Assembly (NCBI RefSeq): GCF_963921235.1
Contig: NC_086097.1
Location: 26,972,001-27,036,000 of the forward strand
DNA from: Mobula hypostoma
Taxonomy: Eukaryota
Direction: 5' to 3'
DNA: 64,000 nt
Below the pieces are notes generated by a model. The model had not been told where the DNA came from, did no database searches, and saw nothing but the letters and a program-made list of their open reading frames with translations. Below, piece by piece: positions 12,095 through 23,217 of the stretch (position 1 is the first letter of the stretch; every line of letters begins with the position of its first letter). The position numbers were made by a program, and so were the translations under genes.

Positions 12095-13275
12095 GGCTTG
12101 GTTTATTTTTTGTCACATGTACCATGATGTATTGAAAAGCTTTGTGGGAGAGATTGGAGCCACAAAAAGAGAAAGAGAGAAACTTAGGGAGGAAGGGAGG
12201 TAAGGAAGGGATGGAGGGGAAGGAAAAATGAGCTGCGAGGGACAGAGAAGAGGAGGAAGGATAGAGCAAGAGGAGGCAGTGTGGGGAGAAAGAGAAGGTG
12301 GAGGGGAAGGGAGCGGTCTGGGAGATTAGAGTGGGAGCAGTCTGATAGAGATGGTGGACATACAGTGAAGTTTCAGGCTGTGGCTTCACTCTTGTTGACC
12401 ATCCGGAGTAGCTTGTACTCTGCAGCTGTCCAGCTACTGAGCTGTCACCTTACACCGGCTAGCAGTTAAACACACACTTCCGATGAAGTGAACCAATGGG
12501 AGCTCGGTACAGGATTACAACCCGGAGACTCAGCATCAGCCAGAGTGTGGGCGGCTGTAGAAAGGTCAATGGCATTAGTCAGACTGGAGAACCGTGTACA
12601 CACATCAGAGCAGAGTGTAGCAGAATGCCTTTGTTTCTGGCTTTCCTCTCCAGTGCTGATGGCCTGAAACGTCAACTGTTTATTTCCCTGCATGGACCTG
12701 CTGAGTTCTCCCGTGTGTGTTGCCCTTCATGGGTGTCCCAGATCTATTTCATTGTACCTGTCTTTCTCCTTCTCTCTGTCACTCCCAGAGATTTTGTGTT
12801 CACCACAGACCAAGCCATTTGTAGAAGAGATGCCAGCCTACACTTCTCCAAGACCCCCATCCAACAGAAGACATCTGTCTTAAAATCTATCAGATTATAG
12901 AAGGGGTAGATGGGAGTGTAGCATAGCAGCAGGCTGTAAGATCAGGGTTCAACTCCTGCCGCTCTCCAGAAGGAGATCATACATTCTCCCTGTGACCTCG
13001 GGGTGCTTCCGTTTCCTCCCACTGTCCAGAGGCGCATGAGTTGTGAGCACGCTACGTTAGCGCTGGAAAAGTGGCAGCACTTGCAGGCTGCCCAGCAAAG
13101 TCCTCACTGATTTGATTTCACGCAAACGATGCATTTCACTGTATGTTTCAATGTACGTGTGGGCAAATAAAGGTAATCTTTAATGTTTAGATAGTCAGAG
13201 TCGTGTCCCCCGGGGTGGAAATGTCGCGTAATAGAGCGCATAACTTTAAGGTGAGAGGGGGAGGCTTTCAAGGAG

Positions 13276-13405
13276 TCCTGACAAAGGGTTCCGGCCCGAA
13301 ACGTCGACTGATTATTTCCATGGATGCTGCCCGACCTGCTGAGTTCCTCCAGCATGTTGTGAGTGTTGCTTTGACCCCAGCATCTACAGAGTATTTTGTG
13401 TTTTG
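13276..13405 (+). mobile_element. Single-arm Penelope-derived hammerhead element inserted in a CR1 3' fragment
   Basis: Perfect 13-bp TSD GGCTTTCAAGGAG at 13263-13275 and 13406-13418. The core reads CTGACAA (consistent with CpG decay)...GAAACGTCGACT. Confidence 0.8.
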
Positions 13406-14164
13406 GGCTTTCAAGGAGAGGTGCAAGGAGCTTATTTTTATACCGGGAGTGGTAGGTGCCTAGGGCAGTTGCCAGGGCAGGTAGGGGAAGCCGATATGAC
13501 AACAAGGTTTAAGGACATTTAAACAGAATGTGAACATGCAGAGAATGGAGCAGGGGTTCCCAACTTATTCCCTCCCATTAACCGAGGGCTCCGTGGACCC
13601 CAGGTGAGAAAGCATTGGAACGGAGGGATATGGATAATGTGCAGTCAGATGGAATTAATTTAAGCTGGCATGGTGGTTAACACAAATGCCACAGACTGTT
13701 CATCACAGGGTCTGTTCCTATGCGTTTTTAAAATTTTATGTTGTATGGACCTACATCCTGCACATCAATACTCCTAAATTGTTTGAGCTTGTGTCTTATT
13801 GTTCACTGGCTGTGCACTTTCTCCATAGCTATTACATGCTGTTCCATGTTGTGTTATTGTTTTACCTTATTCTACCTCAATGCACTTTGCAATGGTTTAG
13901 TCTGTACAAACAGTCTGCAAGACAACCTTTTGGTACATAGGACAGCAATAAACCAATACCAGTTCCAATTCTAATTCCCGTCTCCATTGATGCTGGCTGA
14001 GCTGCTGAGTATATCCATCTTCTATGTAACTTAAAAGAGTTTTAATTACATAGCGCTTTCCAACCAGTGGGTACATGTAGATATTTTTGCACTTTAGAAC
14101 TACAGCAGCCATTTTGCATACAGAGAGCTCTGTACAAGCAGAAAGGATATAATTATCAGCTCAT

Positions 14165-14655
14165 CAAAGGCCTACAAAAGAAACTGGTGGATACAGCCCA
14201 GTTCATCACAGGAAAAGCCCTCCCCACCATTGAGCCCATCCGCAAAGAGCGCTGCTACACGAAAGCAGCACCCATCAACAAGGACACCCACTATCCAGGC
14301 CATACTGTCTTCTCGAGGTCCAGGAGCCTTGGGTCCCACACCACCGGCTTCAGGGACAATTATTACCCTTCAACCATCAGGCTCCGGAACCAGTGTGGAC
14401 ATCTTCACTCGCTGTAACACTGAGCACAACCTATGGACTCACTTTCAAGGGCTCTATGACACATGTTCTCAGCATTACTTACTTATTTATTGCTTATTTA
14501 TTTGGTATTTGCCCAGTTTGTCATTCTTTGTGCGTATATTTTCATTGATTCTATTGTTCTGCTCTGAATGCTTGCAAGAAAATGAATCTCGGGGGAGTAA
14601 TTGGTCGTATACCATATACAGGCTTTGATAATAAATTTACTTTGAACTTTGAAGT
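14165..14655 (+). mobile_element. Rex1/Babar LINE 3' end
   Basis: Translation reads LQKKLVDTAQFITGKALPTI...DTHYPGH...YYPSTIR. The 3' UTR ends AATAAATTTACTTTGAACTTTGAA. Confidence 0.75.
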
Positions 14656-14761
14656 GACTTAAGGAAGAGATATTGATCCAGAATAATAAAAAAATTGTAA
14701 AGAATCAAGTCAGCCAGGTGGAGAATTGTTAATTACAAGTGTCCAGACTTATAAAACTAAG

Positions 14762-14921
14762 AAACACAAGAGGTTCTGTGTTGTTCCAGAGTAAGACAAA
14801 AACACAAATGCTGGAGGAACTCAGCAGGTCAGGCAGCATCTATGAAGGGAAATGAAGGAGTCAACATTTCTGGCCAAGATCCCTCTAGGCCCAAAACATT
14901 GAGTGTTGATTCCCATCCATT
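14762..14921 (-). mobile_element. Old fold-back Penelope-derived element
   Basis: Family motif TGCTGGAGGAACTCAGCAGGTCAGGCAGCATCTATG and a short inverted arm. Imperfect TSD TAAAACT(A/G)AG at 14752-14761 and 14922-14931. Confidence 0.65.
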
Positions 14922-15601
14922 TAAAACTGAGAGTTGTGTGGAACCCTTTTCTCTGAGAGGGTAATTGGAAACTGCTTTACTGCTGTCGCATGCGCTGGGA
15001 TACACATTTTGCCTGCAATCCTAATGGATCGTTTCATTGCAACAATGTATCGAGGTAGTACAAGGGAAAAGCAATAACAGAGTTGAGAATAAGGTGTTAC
15101 TGTTACAGAGAAAGTTCAGTCCAGGCAGGCAGTAAGTTATTTACGGCCATAATGAAGTAGATTGTGAGGTCAAGAATCTATCTTATTATACAAGAGGTCC
15201 ATTCAATAGTCTTATAAATAGCAGGGTAGCAGCTGTCTTTAAGGTTATTGGGACATGCTGTCAGGCTGTTGTATCTTCTGCCTGATGGGAGAGGAGAGAA
15301 GAGAGAATGTCTGGGGTGGGTGTGATCTTTATACTGGCTGCTTTACCGAGGCAGCAAGAAGTGTAGACCAGGTCCAGGGGGAGAAAGTCTTGTTTCTTGA
15401 TGTGCTGCGCTGAACCCTCAACTCTCTGCAATTTCTTGTGATCACGTGTAGAGCAGTTGCCATATCAAGCCATGGGTGGTGAATCCATGGAATTTCCTGC
15501 CCACGAGGGGGGAATGGAAGCACTGATTATTAGGTATATTTAACCTGAAGATAGCCAAGTATTTCAAAGTTCAAAGTAAATTTATTATCAAAGTACATAT
15601 A

Positions 15602-16156
15602 CACTCAGTGTCCACTTTATTAGGTATACTGTACCTGTGCTCCCACTGGTTAATGCAATTATCTAATCAGGCAGCAACTCAATACATGGAAGCATGCAGA
15701 CATGGTCAAGAGGTTCAGTTATTGTTCAGACCAAACATCAGAATGGGGAAGAAATATGACTTTGACCATGGAATGGTTGTTGGTGCCAGACAGGATGGTT
15801 TGAGTATCTCAGAAACTGCTGACCTCCTGTGATTTTCATACACAACGGTCTCTAGAATTTACAGAGAATTATGCCATAAACAAAAAAAAATCTCGAGAGT
15901 GGCAGACCTGTTGTTGAAAATACCTCATTAATCGGAGGGGTCAGAGGAAAACGGCGAGACTAGTTCAAGCTGACAAGAAGGTGACAGTAACTCAAATAAC
16001 CACGCGTTACATCAGTGGTGTGCTGAAAAGCATTTATGAATGCACATCACATCAAACCTTGAAGTGGCAGAGATAAAGCAGTGAAAGGCCATGGACATAC
16101 ACTGAGTGACCACTTTATTAGGTCCAGGAGAGACCGAATAAAGTAGCCACAGAGTG
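15602..16156 (+). mobile_element. Non-autonomous Tc1 derivative retaining the transposase N-terminal HTH fragment
   Basis: Termini TA|CACTCAGTG.CCACTTTATTAGG ... AATAAAGTAGCCACAGAGTG. Translation reads MGKKYDFDHGMVVGARQDGLSISETADLL. Confidence 0.8.
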
Positions 16157-18297
16157 GATATCTTCATACACTACCTACAATTCATTTTCTTGAGGGCTTT
16201 CACAGTGGATAAAGAGATACAATTGAATCAATGACTGACAAACAACCAAAGTGCAAAAGAATACAAACTGTACAACTAATAAATAAATAATTAACACCGA
16301 GAGCATGAGCTGTAGAGTCCTTGAAACTGGGTCCATAGGTTGTGGAACCAGTTCAGTGTTAGCAAGGCATTGAGGGCTATGGAACTGGCATAAAAGAGGA
16401 GTTGAGGCCTGCATAGACCAGCTACGACTATATTGAAAGGCCTGATGACCAATTCCTTCTTTACTCCTGTACATCATTGGCACCGTTAGTTAGCCCAAAA
16501 GGTCTGTTCCTCTGTAGTGAATTTTTTATTATTTTATTGAGTAGTCAACTCACCGGAGGTAGAGGGGTGAATGTCGGCCAGGGCACAGCAAAAAATGTCC
16601 CAACTTTCATTGTTTTTTTGATTAGTTTATTCTTGTCACATGTACTGAGATACATGAGTGAAAAGTCTTGCATACTGTTCATACAGATCAAAACGTTACA
16701 CAGTGCATTGAGGTAGAACAAGGGAAACCAATAACAGAGTGCAGAATAAAGAGTAACAGCTCCAGAGAAAGTGCAGTGCAGGTAAACAATAAGGTACAAG
16801 ATCATAACGAGGTAGGTCAAGAGATACAAGATAACAGCAGGATAGAAGTGTCTTCAGCCTGGTGGTACGGACTTCCAGGTAGCCTATTGTGAATTCCTTG
16901 TTATTTGAGTCCTGATGAAAGGCTTGATATGTCAGCTATTTACTGTATTCCCTTCCACAGATGTTGCCTGACTTGCCAAGTTCCTCCAGCATTTTGTGTG
17001 TGTTGTCCTTCATTCTTTTATTCAGCAGTCAACCCAGTGGGGGCAGAGGGAGGAATGTTGGCCGGGACACTAAGCAAGAAGTCCCAGCTTTGCTATAAGA
17101 TAGGACCACCTCGATAAACAGGAGGCGCTACAGTTCAGCAAGGACCGGCTCACCTTCTGAGTGGGAACAACATGGTGACGTAGCGTTTAGCACAACGTTT
17201 ACTGCGCCAGCGATCGGGATTCAGTACCCACCGCTGTATGTTTGCCCCCTACTGCCTGGGTTTCCTCTGGATGCTCCAGTGTCCTTCCGTATTCCACAAG
17301 GCGTACTGTTCAGGGTTAGTGAGTTGTGGGCACACTATGTAGGTGCTGGAAGTTGGTGACACTTGCGGGCTGCCTCCAGCACAGCCTCGCATTGAGTTGC
17401 TCAATGACCCAAATGACGCGTTTCACTGTATGTCTCAATGTACATGTGACAAATGAAACTAATTTTCTTTAGGATATTTTGCGTGCAAGCTCCTCATCAG
17501 AGCTCATTACTGAGCTGACAGACACCGCTCTGTGTACAGCTCTCAGTCGCCACATCGGTTTATCCAGAGCTAACCATCTCGTGGCTGCAGTGCCCATTTA
17601 ATCATTGCGGAAGGAGCAGAGTGCCGTGCCTTCGGGCTTTCACATTCATCATGAAGACTGTGACAGTCTGCTACTGGAGAACCAGGTCTAATCACTCCAA
17701 AACAATCTTGTGAAGGAGCTGGCAAGCTCCAGCTCATTGAGCACAACAAGTTATCCGCGAGTTTCCTCTGATCTAATCTCTGACTGATAAACTGTTGTCA
17801 TGAGCTCTTCCGATGGAGATTAAGGGCTGGATGCTGAGGTTCCAGTGCCTGATGGGAGTTCCTGCCCTCCCCCCCCACCTTCATTCCAACCCAAGTGGTA
17901 CCTTGCTGATTGGTCTCTTAACGCTCAATTGCTTTTGCTTGTTGACATGGTGACAGCATCCAACCAATCACAAGTGTTCTCGAAAAGATATCCTATCCAA
18001 TATCAAACCAGAGAGACATACAGGCATTGAGTATAAGAGTCAGAAAATCATATCATAGCTGCTTAAAACTTTGGTTGGGCTTCACTTGTTATGAGGTGAA
18101 GCCCTCTGGTCCTAGACTCCCCCACTACCAAGTACTCCTGCTAGGCAGAATAATAGTTCAGCAGGGACTAGATGGACTAGAATCATAGCACACAAAAGCA
18201 CAGAAGCAGGTCCTTCAGCCCATCTAGTCCATGCTGAACTATTATTCTGCCTAGCAGGAGTACTTGGTAGTGGGGGAGTCTAGGACTGGAGGACTTC

Positions 18298-18717
18298 CAG
18301 ACATCCCACCCTGCAAAAACTCATTTCAGGGAGGTAGCAGCACAATTTGCAGGAGACTCCCGGAACTTCCAGGAGAGGTGGGATGTCTGCAAAAGAGTAG
18401 CTCCTTAGCAGCTAGCCAGGTAGTTTAAATAATGTTAGCTATGCTAATGAACAAATGACACCTGTTAATCTCACCTCAATATGTCTTTTACGGTCTTAAC
18501 CCACCATGGGCAATAGAAAAGTCACTGTTGCAAACAGTGCAACGAGCAACACTGTCATTATTTTTTACCCCTATTAGGCAGGGGTACACTTTAGGGTAGT
18601 CTGGGGTGACGTACGTTTTATATTTTCTATTTTTGGAATTCTCTCTCTCTCTCTATCTCTATCTCTATCTCTCTCACGGGAGACTCCCAGAACTTCCGGG
18701 AGAGGTGGGACGTCTGC
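18298..18717. mobile_element. MITE-like element
   Basis: Terminal inverted repeats CAGACATCCCACC / GGTGGGACGTCTG. ACTTC flanks both sides (18293-18297, 18718-18722). There is an internal copy of the right end at about 18352-18390. Confidence 0.7.
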
Positions 18718-20351
18718 ACTTCACCTCATAATACAAGGATATCACTTTAAAATAAAGATGAGGAAGAATTTCTTTAGCTATAGAGTGGTGAATCTGTGTA
18801 TTTTTGTTTGCCCCAGGTGGCTGTGGAGGCCAAGTCATTGGGTATATTTAAAGCAGAGGTTGATAGGTTCTTGATTAGTAAGGGTATCAAAGTTTATGGG
18901 GAGAACGCAGAAGAATGGGGTTGGGATAGAAAATCAATCGGCCACGATCGAGTGCCAGAGCAGACTCAATGGGCAGACTGGCCTAATTCTGTTCCTAAGA
19001 CTTATGACTTTATGCTCTTAAGTTTACCTGCCGACCCAAGAGACCTTGCATTTCTTCTGGGGACAGGGATTTCCTCCCTCATCCTATAGATGCGTAGGTG
19101 GGTAAATCAATATGGGGGAGTTGATGGGCATTTGAGAGAAAATAAATTGCGGGGGTGCAGAAAAATAAGGAGAGGGGTACTCGCATGGAGCCGAGGGCGG
19201 AATTGCTGCTTCTTTGGTCATTGAAAGATAAATTAGTTGCATCTTTCAGCAGTGTTGCCTTTGAAGCGCTGGTCAAGTAGCTTCAGTAAGAGTTCAACCC
19301 ACAATCTCTTGACTTGTAAATGATGTCAAAACCACCAAGAGAATAAAGAGATTTTGCTAATGCAGAGGATGCAAAGCTAATTGTGTTTTCATTGCTTGTG
19401 TCAAAACATCAGTCAAACAAGTCCAAGCCCTTTGAAGGAGGTTGTTAATCCCCCGTTATTTCAAGAAAAGGACTTGTTGACCTATGACTGTTGGCATTTG
19501 TTTTGCTTTATTATTGTCACCCGTACCGAGATACAACGAAGAGCTTAATTTTATTTAGAGATAGAACATAGTGACGGACAACCCTTCAGCCCGTCGAGTG
19601 CATGTGACCAGTTAACCTCTTATTAAAGGTGAAGGGGAGAAGGCAGGAGAATGGGGTTGAGAAGGAAAACAATACCAGCAGACTCAATGGGCTGAATGGC
19701 CTGACTCTCTTCCTGTCTTACGTTCTAACCGACTAACCAACAACTAGAAAACCTGGAGGAATACCAGGTGGTCATGAGGAGAACCTACAAATTCCTTATA
19801 GATGGCAGCAGGAGCTGAACGTGGGTCACCAGCACCATAATGGCATCACACTTTTGTGCCATTCCCAGTACAGATAGAGCTGTGTGGATGGCTTTGCAAG
19901 CTTTCCACAGAGTTCTTTTCATTACAGTAGTCCACTGAGGTAGCACGAGGGAGAACCCACAAGGGAATGCAGGATAAAGTGCTACAGTTACGGAGAAAGT
20001 GCGGTGCAGGCAGACAACAAGGTGGAGGGGCATGATGAGGTAAATTGTGAGGTCAAGAGTTCATCTTTATCGTACAAGAGATCTGTTCAATGGTTTTATA
20101 ACAGCGAGGGAGAAACTGTCCTTGTAGAAACTGTGTGGAAGGGAAGAGTTAGATTGATCTTAGAGTAGGTTAAAAGGTCAGCACAACATCGTAGGCGGAA
20201 GGGTCTGTACTGTAATGTTATGCTCTATGTTCTTTGTTCGACAAGGACCTGCAAATTTCCCTAGCTTTCTGAGGAAATAAACAGCTCCCCTGGCATTCTG
20301 CTGGTTCCCCCAGGTCTTCTTGCCGTGGTAACATATTTGTCTTCATTGCAG

Positions 20352-21238
20352 GTTTCGGGATGACCACTCCAGCCACCGCTGGTGGGAAGATCTTCCTCAT
20401 ATTCTACGGCCTGGTCGGCTGCGCGGCCACCATCCTCTTCTTCAACCTCTTCCTGGAGCGGCTGATCACGGTGCTGGCCTACGTACTGAAGACCTGCCAC
20501 GAGAGGCGGCTGAGGCGCAGTGGTGTGCGGCCGCAGCTGGACTGCCAGGATGGCGGGGCCAGGCTTGGGGCCCGGGCCGACAGCCTGGCTGGCTGGAAGC
20601 CCTCTGTCTACTACGTTATGCTGATCCTCGGCCTGGCCGCCCTCACCATCTCCTGCTGCGCCTCGGCCATGTACACTCCCGTGGAGGGCTGGAGTTACAT
20701 GGACTCCATCTACTTCTGCTTTGTGGCCTTTAGCACCATAGGTTTTGGTGATCTGGTCAGCAGTCAGAACAGGAGGTACGACCATCAGGGATTCTACCGC
20801 TTTGCCAACTTTCTCTTCATCCTGATGGGAGTGTGTTGTATTTATTCACTGTTTAATGTTATAGCCATTGTTATTAAGCAGTTCCTCAACTGTACTTTGA
20901 GGAGGCTGGAGTGTAGATGCTGCCAACGGTGTCAGCGTAAACTCCTCCAGCCGGGCCGTAACGCAGTGACGCCCAACGTTCTCCGCGCCAACAGGAAGAC
21001 CTCGGCCGAGAGCAACGTGGCCGACTGCCGCAGGCAATCCGGAGAGATGATCTCCATCCGCGACTTCCTGGTCGCCAACAAGGTCTCGCTGGCCATCATG
21101 CAGAAGCAGCTGATGGAGACGGCGAGTGGACACCCGAGGGCAAGCGGTCCTAGCCCCCGCCCCAACGGCTTTAGCGAGGGGGTCGGAGCACTCGCCATCA
21201 TGAACAACAGGCTGGCGGAGACCAGCGTGGACAGATGA
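20352..21238 (+). CDS. KCNK13: Terminal coding exon of two-pore-domain K+ channel THIK-1 (second half of P1 filter, M2, M3, P2, M4, C-tail)
   Basis: The acceptor TTCATTGCAG|GT TTC GGG ATG completes GFG in phase 1. The peptide reads MTTPATAGGKIFLIFYGLVGC...DSLAGWKPSVYYVMLIL...FSTIGFGDLVSSQ...AIMNNRLAETSVDR*. KIFLIFYGL, SVYYV and the ETSxDR end fit recalled THIK-1 better than THIK-2. Confidence 0.92.
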
Positions 21239-21284
21239 AACCAGATCTGGCCTTAGCGATTGCTGAGACTTTTCCCAAATGATA

Positions 21285-21290
21285 ATTAAA
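21285..21290 (+). promoter_or_regulatory. Candidate polyadenylation signal (ATTAAA); an alternative AATAAA lies at 21465-21470
   Basis: The hexamer lies about 46 nt after the stop codon and is followed by T/GT-rich sequence. Confidence 0.3.
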
Positions 21291-21479
21291 TACTGTTCAA
21301 TTCTTATTGTTGGCACTCAGCTTCGATCTTTTACCCCTCACCCTGGAACTGCGGGGGCATCTCCTGAGGCTGCAATATTATGGTGGTTTATTATTGTCAC
21401 ATGTACCAGGATACACAGTGAGGAGTTTTTTTGTTATGCATGGCTTCCAGGAGGCAATGCAAGCAATAAAACACAAAAC

Positions 21480-21665
21480 AGAGGGAGGAGAAGTGAGAGA
21501 GGACGGGAGGGTGTAGGGGAGAGGAAGGGAGATGGAATTGGGGAGAGTGGTGAGCTGTGTGCAGTCGAGAGATGGGGGCAAGGGGAGTTAAGAGGGTAGG
21601 GGAGATGGGAGGGGGCAGAGGGGAGGGAAGGGAAAAGAGAAGTTGGGGGAGGGAGGAGGAGGGGT
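21480..21665. repeat. Purine-rich low-complexity tract (others at 12170-12330, 22110-22265, 25415-25620, 61160-61570)
   Basis: Nearly pure G/A on the + strand. Confidence 0.8.
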
Positions 21666-22424
21666 ATCAGAATGTTTGGATGTGGCCCGAGTGTAGAAAG
21701 AGGACACTGAAGCAGGTCGATAGTTCACCGACTTTACTGAGAACAGTTGCAGAGTTTAAAGGAAAAGAAAAACAACATACGCTAGGCCAAAAGGGCCTTT
21801 AACTGAAACTATCAAACTGAAAGTTAAATGCCAACACTGCGGCTGAAAGCAATAACTAATACTAAATGAACGCTGCTCCTTGACAGTGTCGATCGAAACA
21901 ATAGTCCTCTCTCCCGGACAAGGACGAGGGTAAGTAGGGAGCATAAATGTTGCCGTGCTTTTGGTCAAGTCTCGACAAGACTAGAACGAAGAATTAAACA
22001 GTAATTAGCTGGGACGTGCATACCCGCGAGCGTGATTTCCGAACCTGTGGCACGGCCCAGCTGTGGGACTGCGTAGACCCGGCAGCAGGGTCCAAGGTTG
22101 TGACGGGGAGTGTGCAGTGGTGATAGGGGAGAGAGATGGGAGAGGATGAGGATGGTGTAAGAGAGATGAGGGAGGGAGAAGGGAGAGTGTAAGGGGAGAT
22201 GGGAGGGGAGGTTATATTGAAGATGGGGGAGGGAGATGGGATGGGTATGAGGAGGGGAAATTGGGAGTAGCAGAAAGCAAAACAGAATATGCAGAATGGA
22301 AATGCAGATGCCAGGCGCTGGAGCAACACACAAAATGCTGCAGGAACTTGGCAGGTCAGGTGAAACGGACGGTCAATGTTTCAGGCTGAGGTCCTTCTTC
22401 AGGACTGGAATGCAGAATATAAAG

Positions 22425-22990
22425 GTTGTGTTGAGTTGTTCAATCTTGGCAATTTACTTGCAAACATTTCATCACCATACAAGGAGGTATCAGTGCACAG
22501 TTAACTGAGGTGTGTCCCCCAAATACTTAGCCTTTATATACTGATAGGTCGTCATTTCAGAAACTCAGTTGTGATGTGGGGAGGAAATCTTGTCGGTGAT
22601 TGGTTGTGCAGCAAACTTTGTGTATTGTGTTCTGGAATTTTGCCCGTAATGTGTTTGTTTACAGAATCGTTCATGGAAAACCACGCTTCTAGGAATTCTC
22701 TTGCATGGCATGTGTTCACTTGTGCCATGACTTCCACTGATGCCCAGTTGAAGTTGTGCCCACCTCGGTCTTCATGGGTAGGGACTGGTCGTGCCGCTTT
22801 ACGGTGTTCCAAAATGACGACCAATCAGCTGATTGATAAGTACGTAAAGACCAAGCTTCCGGAGGAGGCACCGCAACTAACAGCACACGGATGATGTCTC
22901 CACGTATGGTGACGAAACACTTGCAAGTAAATTGTCAAGATCAGAGAAAAGCTTTGACCAACCATCAACCAGCCAAGCTCCACACTTTCC
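22425..22990 (-). mobile_element. Penelope-like element remnant (GIY-YIG endonuclease C-terminus) with inverted pseudo-LTR arms
   Basis: Translation reads HEDRGGHNFNWASVEVMAQ...AREFLEAWFSMNDSVNKHI. Inverted arms lie at about 22440-22503 and 22873-22942. A hammerhead-like CGGATGA-TGTC...GAC-GAAAC occurs at 22888-22918. Confidence 0.75.
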
Positions 22991-23217
22991 GATCATTTCC
23001 ACTGGAATTTAATGTTACACTTACAGGGAAGGTCTAGTACAGGGAGACAAATGAAGTGCAAGGGATATGACACATCTCCCCTCCCCCCACTGGGCAGAAA
23101 ATACAAACACATGTAAACATGACCGACCAGGCTCATGGACAACGTCTATCCTGCAGTTACCAGAAACTAGATCAGACATCTTATACACTAGAGCTGAGCT
23201 CTTCAATGCTGAATCTA

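Noticed and set aside
20352..21238. KCNK12 (THIK-2) assignment
   Set aside because: Diagnostic residues as I recall them favour KCNK13. A phylogeny would be decisive.
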